DNA of 64,000 nucleotides from the human T2T-CHM13v2.0 reference genome, Homo sapiens: NCBI GenBank assembly GCA_009914755.4, contig CP086569.2, positions 13,216,001 to 13,280,000 of the forward strand, read 5' to 3'. Shown piece by piece: positions 59,745 to 64,000 of this stretch (position 1 is its first letter; each line of letters starts with the position of its first letter). The notes under the pieces were generated by a model. It saw only the letters and a program-made list of their open reading frames with translations, ran no database searches and was not told where the DNA came from. The position numbers and the translations under genes were made by a program.

Positions 59745-59912
59745 CACCTTCTTTATAACAGATACCATGTCAGGGGTCTCCAAGAGCACCATTTAAAAGA
59801 GACAGCATGTCAAAAGTCTCAAAGACCACCCTTTATAAGAGCATGTCAGGGGTTTCCAGGACCACCCTGTATCAGAGACAGCATGTCAAGGGTCTCCGAG
59901 ACCACCCTTAAG
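59745..59912. repeat. about 38-bp unit minisatellite, 4-5 copies
   Basis: ..agacagcatgtcaagggtctccaagaccaccctttataag.. variants. Confidence 0.75.
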
Positions 59913-61171
59913 TTCAGGAAGTTGCTAGGAGGACTTGGCATACAGTTGTGCTCATGGGTGATTTATGACAGTCAAAGGAGGTAAGGCAAAATCAGTGAAG
60001 GGAATTACATGGATGAAGCCCAGGACAGACCAGACACAAGCTCCCAAGAATCCTCCCACAGTGGGATCACATAGGATGCACCAATTCCTCCAGAAATGAG
60101 TTTTAACAACACGCATGGAATGCTGTCTATTAGGGAAGCTCCGGGGAGATTCAGCGCCCAGGGGTTTCTGTTGGGGGCTGGTCCTGCAGGCACTCACTGC
60201 CTGGCACCAACCCGAATTCCAGACTCCCAGAGCCAAAGGAGATGTTTAGCATGTTTCACTCATGTCCTTGTGAAGGGACCACCAAACAGGCTTTGTGTGA
60301 GCAATAAAGCTGTTTATTTCACCTGGGTGCAGGCAGGCTGAGTCCAAAAAGAGAGTCAGCGAAGGGAGATGGGGATGGGGCCATTTTATAAGATTTGAGT
60401 AGGTAGTGGAAAATTACAGTCAAAGAAGGTTGTTTCCTGGCAGGCAGCAGGGGCAGCCGGGAGGGTCACAAGGTGCTCAGTGGGAGAGCGTTTGAGCCAG
60501 GATAAGCCAGGAGAAGGAATTTCACAAGGTAATGTCATCAGTTAAGGCAGGAACAGGCCATTTTCACTTCTTTTGTGGTTCTTCAGTTACTTCAGGCCAT
60601 CTGGATGTATACATGCAGGTCACAGGGGATATGATGGCTTAGCTTGGGCTCAGAGGCCTGACAGCATGAACCACATTGCTTTTGCATATAGCTTAGGCAG
60701 TCAGCTTACTATTTTAATAATGTGAATTCTCCACTGGAAATCCAGATCTCAAACACCAGCCATGGGGAATCTTACAAGCCGGCCTTCCTAAGGGGCACTA
60801 GCTCAGGCCTGCCCCTTAAACTCCTTTCTGCACGGAGAGGAAAGGAGGGAGATGTTGGTTTATGCCGCCAAGCACCAGGCAGTCTGCTGGTTACCTCCTT
60901 CATTCCTTACACAGCCTGTGGGTTTAGAGGTGCTGTCCCCGTCATACACATGAGAACGTGGGAGCGCAGTGGTGAGGCCACCCGCCCCAACCTGGTGGTG
61001 GGATTTCTGTGCAGGGTCCCCAGTTCCTCTCTGTGCTTTTCTCACACTCAAAGCCACTGTCCCATTCACAGGAGCCGCAACACCCCAACTTGTCCAAAGC
61101 TGTGGTTTTCTAAAGGAGGACAACCATTGTTCCTCCTTTTCAAGTTTCCTGCCACTTTATTTTTATTTTGA

Positions 61172-62495
<1,324 letters not shown>

Positions 62496-62814
62496 TAGTT
62501 TCAAGTGGGGCAAATAAGGCCCTGAAACCTTTCCCATCTATTTCTGTACCTGAATTTGAGTTGGCAGGTGGTCTGGATGTGAGATGGACAGAAGGGTTGC
62601 ATGGACACCCCAGTTCTCAGACATTCTCCTGAAATTTGAGGTGTGGGCTTCCCCACATTCTAGCTCTACGATATTGTTCTAACAGTTATTGCCTTAGGAA
62701 AAATTGTATAAGGGCATTTTGATTACAAGTTGGTGGAGAGAGCCAGTTTCTGCTACTACATTTCAGAATTATTCAGGAGTCAACTATCATTAGTAACTGG
62801 TTACCTTTTAAGTA

Positions 62815-64000
62815 ACATATATATTTATATACATATAAAATATAATATATAATATATACTTTATTTTTTATACACTTAAATATATATTTATATACTTTAT
62901 TTTTACTTTAATACTTATATATAACTTATAATACTTATATTTACTTATATACAACTATTATGTATTACTCATATATAACATATAATATATATTACCTTAT
63001 AAAATATGTAAGTATATATTATATATGACATATAAAATATATAGGTAATGTATACTTACAAATTTTAGGTAATATATCTGTTACTTAAAGATATTTACCT
63101 GTGGTGAGGCGTGGTGGCTCACACCTGTAATCCCAGCATTTTGGGAGGCTGAGGCAGGCAGATCACCTGAGGTCAGGAGTTCAAGACCAGCCTGACCAAC
63201 ATGGAGAAACCTCATCTCTACTAAAAATACAAAAAATTAGCCGGAGACGGTGGTGCATGCCTGTAATCCCAGTTACTCAGGAGGCTGAGGTAGGAGAATT
63301 GCCTTAACTGGGAGGCAGAGGTTGCAGTGAGCCAAGATTGTGCCACTGAACTCCAGCCTGAGTGACACAGCATGACTCCATCTCAAAAAAAAAAAAAACT
63401 ATTTACCTGTATATATAGGTTATATATATTTATAGATTACCTATGTATATATAAATATTAATATTTATACAGATATATATATCTATATGTTATGAATGTA
63501 TATTTAAAAATTAATACATTTTATTTATATTAATATATTTGTATATATAAATATTAATATTTTTATATACATAGGTTATATATATTATATATAACCTGTA
63601 TTCATATAGGTTATATAGAATATATATTTGTATTTATTTATATATATAAATTTATATATAGGGTCCCTTTGATGTATTGTGTATTCTTACATTATAAAGG
63701 TTTTCTTTTTTCAGTATAATATATAATATGCTATAACATATAATATGTAACTATATATTTGTAATGTATATGATATATAACCTATATTTGCATTATATAT
63801 AAATATAAATATTTTGAAAGGTATGCAACTCCTATATTGAAAGGTATGTAACTATAACATTTTAAATATTTATATTTATCACATTATATTTATAGTTATA
63901 TAGGTTATATATTACATATAAAACCTATATTATAGGTAATATATTACATATAAAACCTACATTATAGGTTATATATATAACCTATATTATAGGTTATATA
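62815..64000. repeat. AT-rich tandem and low-complexity repeat block (62815-63095 and 63400-64000) interrupted by a plus-strand Alu (63103-63395) with 11-bp TSD TATTTACCTGT
   Basis: TATATG and ACCTATATTATAGGTTATATAT-type units. TSD copies immediately 5' of the Alu and after its polyA. Confidence 0.8.

Overview
This is primate (human-like) sex-chromosome DNA dominated by retroelements. There are about 60 Alu copies or fragments, a truncated SVA, several microsatellite and AT-rich satellite-like blocks, and three endogenous-retrovirus loci. Locus 1 is a near full-length class I (gamma-like) provirus on the + strand, 3157-12890, with LTRs of about 490 bp, a PBS, and degenerate gag, pro, pol and env. 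Locus 2 is an HERV-K (HML)-like class II provirus remnant directly downstream, 12891-19625. It has gag MA, dUTPase/PR, an RT fragment and IN, an internal RT-to-IN deletion, two solo LTR12-like (ERV9-type) insertions with 4-bp TSDs, and a 3' LTR-like block. Locus 3 is a second, 3'-truncated class I provirus on the minus strand, about 45.8-53.6 kb. The host content is the 3' end of an ARSE/ARSL-like arylsulfatase gene followed on the same strand by the 5' exons of an ARSD-like gene. The ARSE-like part has exons at 31249-31411 and 38568-38898, with a decayed exon between them at 32611-32731. The ARSD-like part has a signal-peptide exon at 53657-53806, a C-x-P-S-R sulfatase-signature exon at 57374-57495, and a third exon at 58631-58752. 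Both genes carry disabling or unusual lesions: a lost splice acceptor, three single-base deletions, a premature TAG 9 codons before a TAA embedded in the AATAAA signal, and a first exon apparently split by an 8-kb retroelement insertion. The gene order and roughly 90% protein similarity to X-linked ARSL and ARSD (recalled from memory) fit best with decayed gametolog copies (Y-linked ARSLP1-ARSDP1-like). An X-linked ARSH/ARSF assignment cannot be excluded without a database search. I see nothing that requires a novel biological system. The most interesting signals are the nested retroelement architecture and the pattern of pseudogenising lesions.
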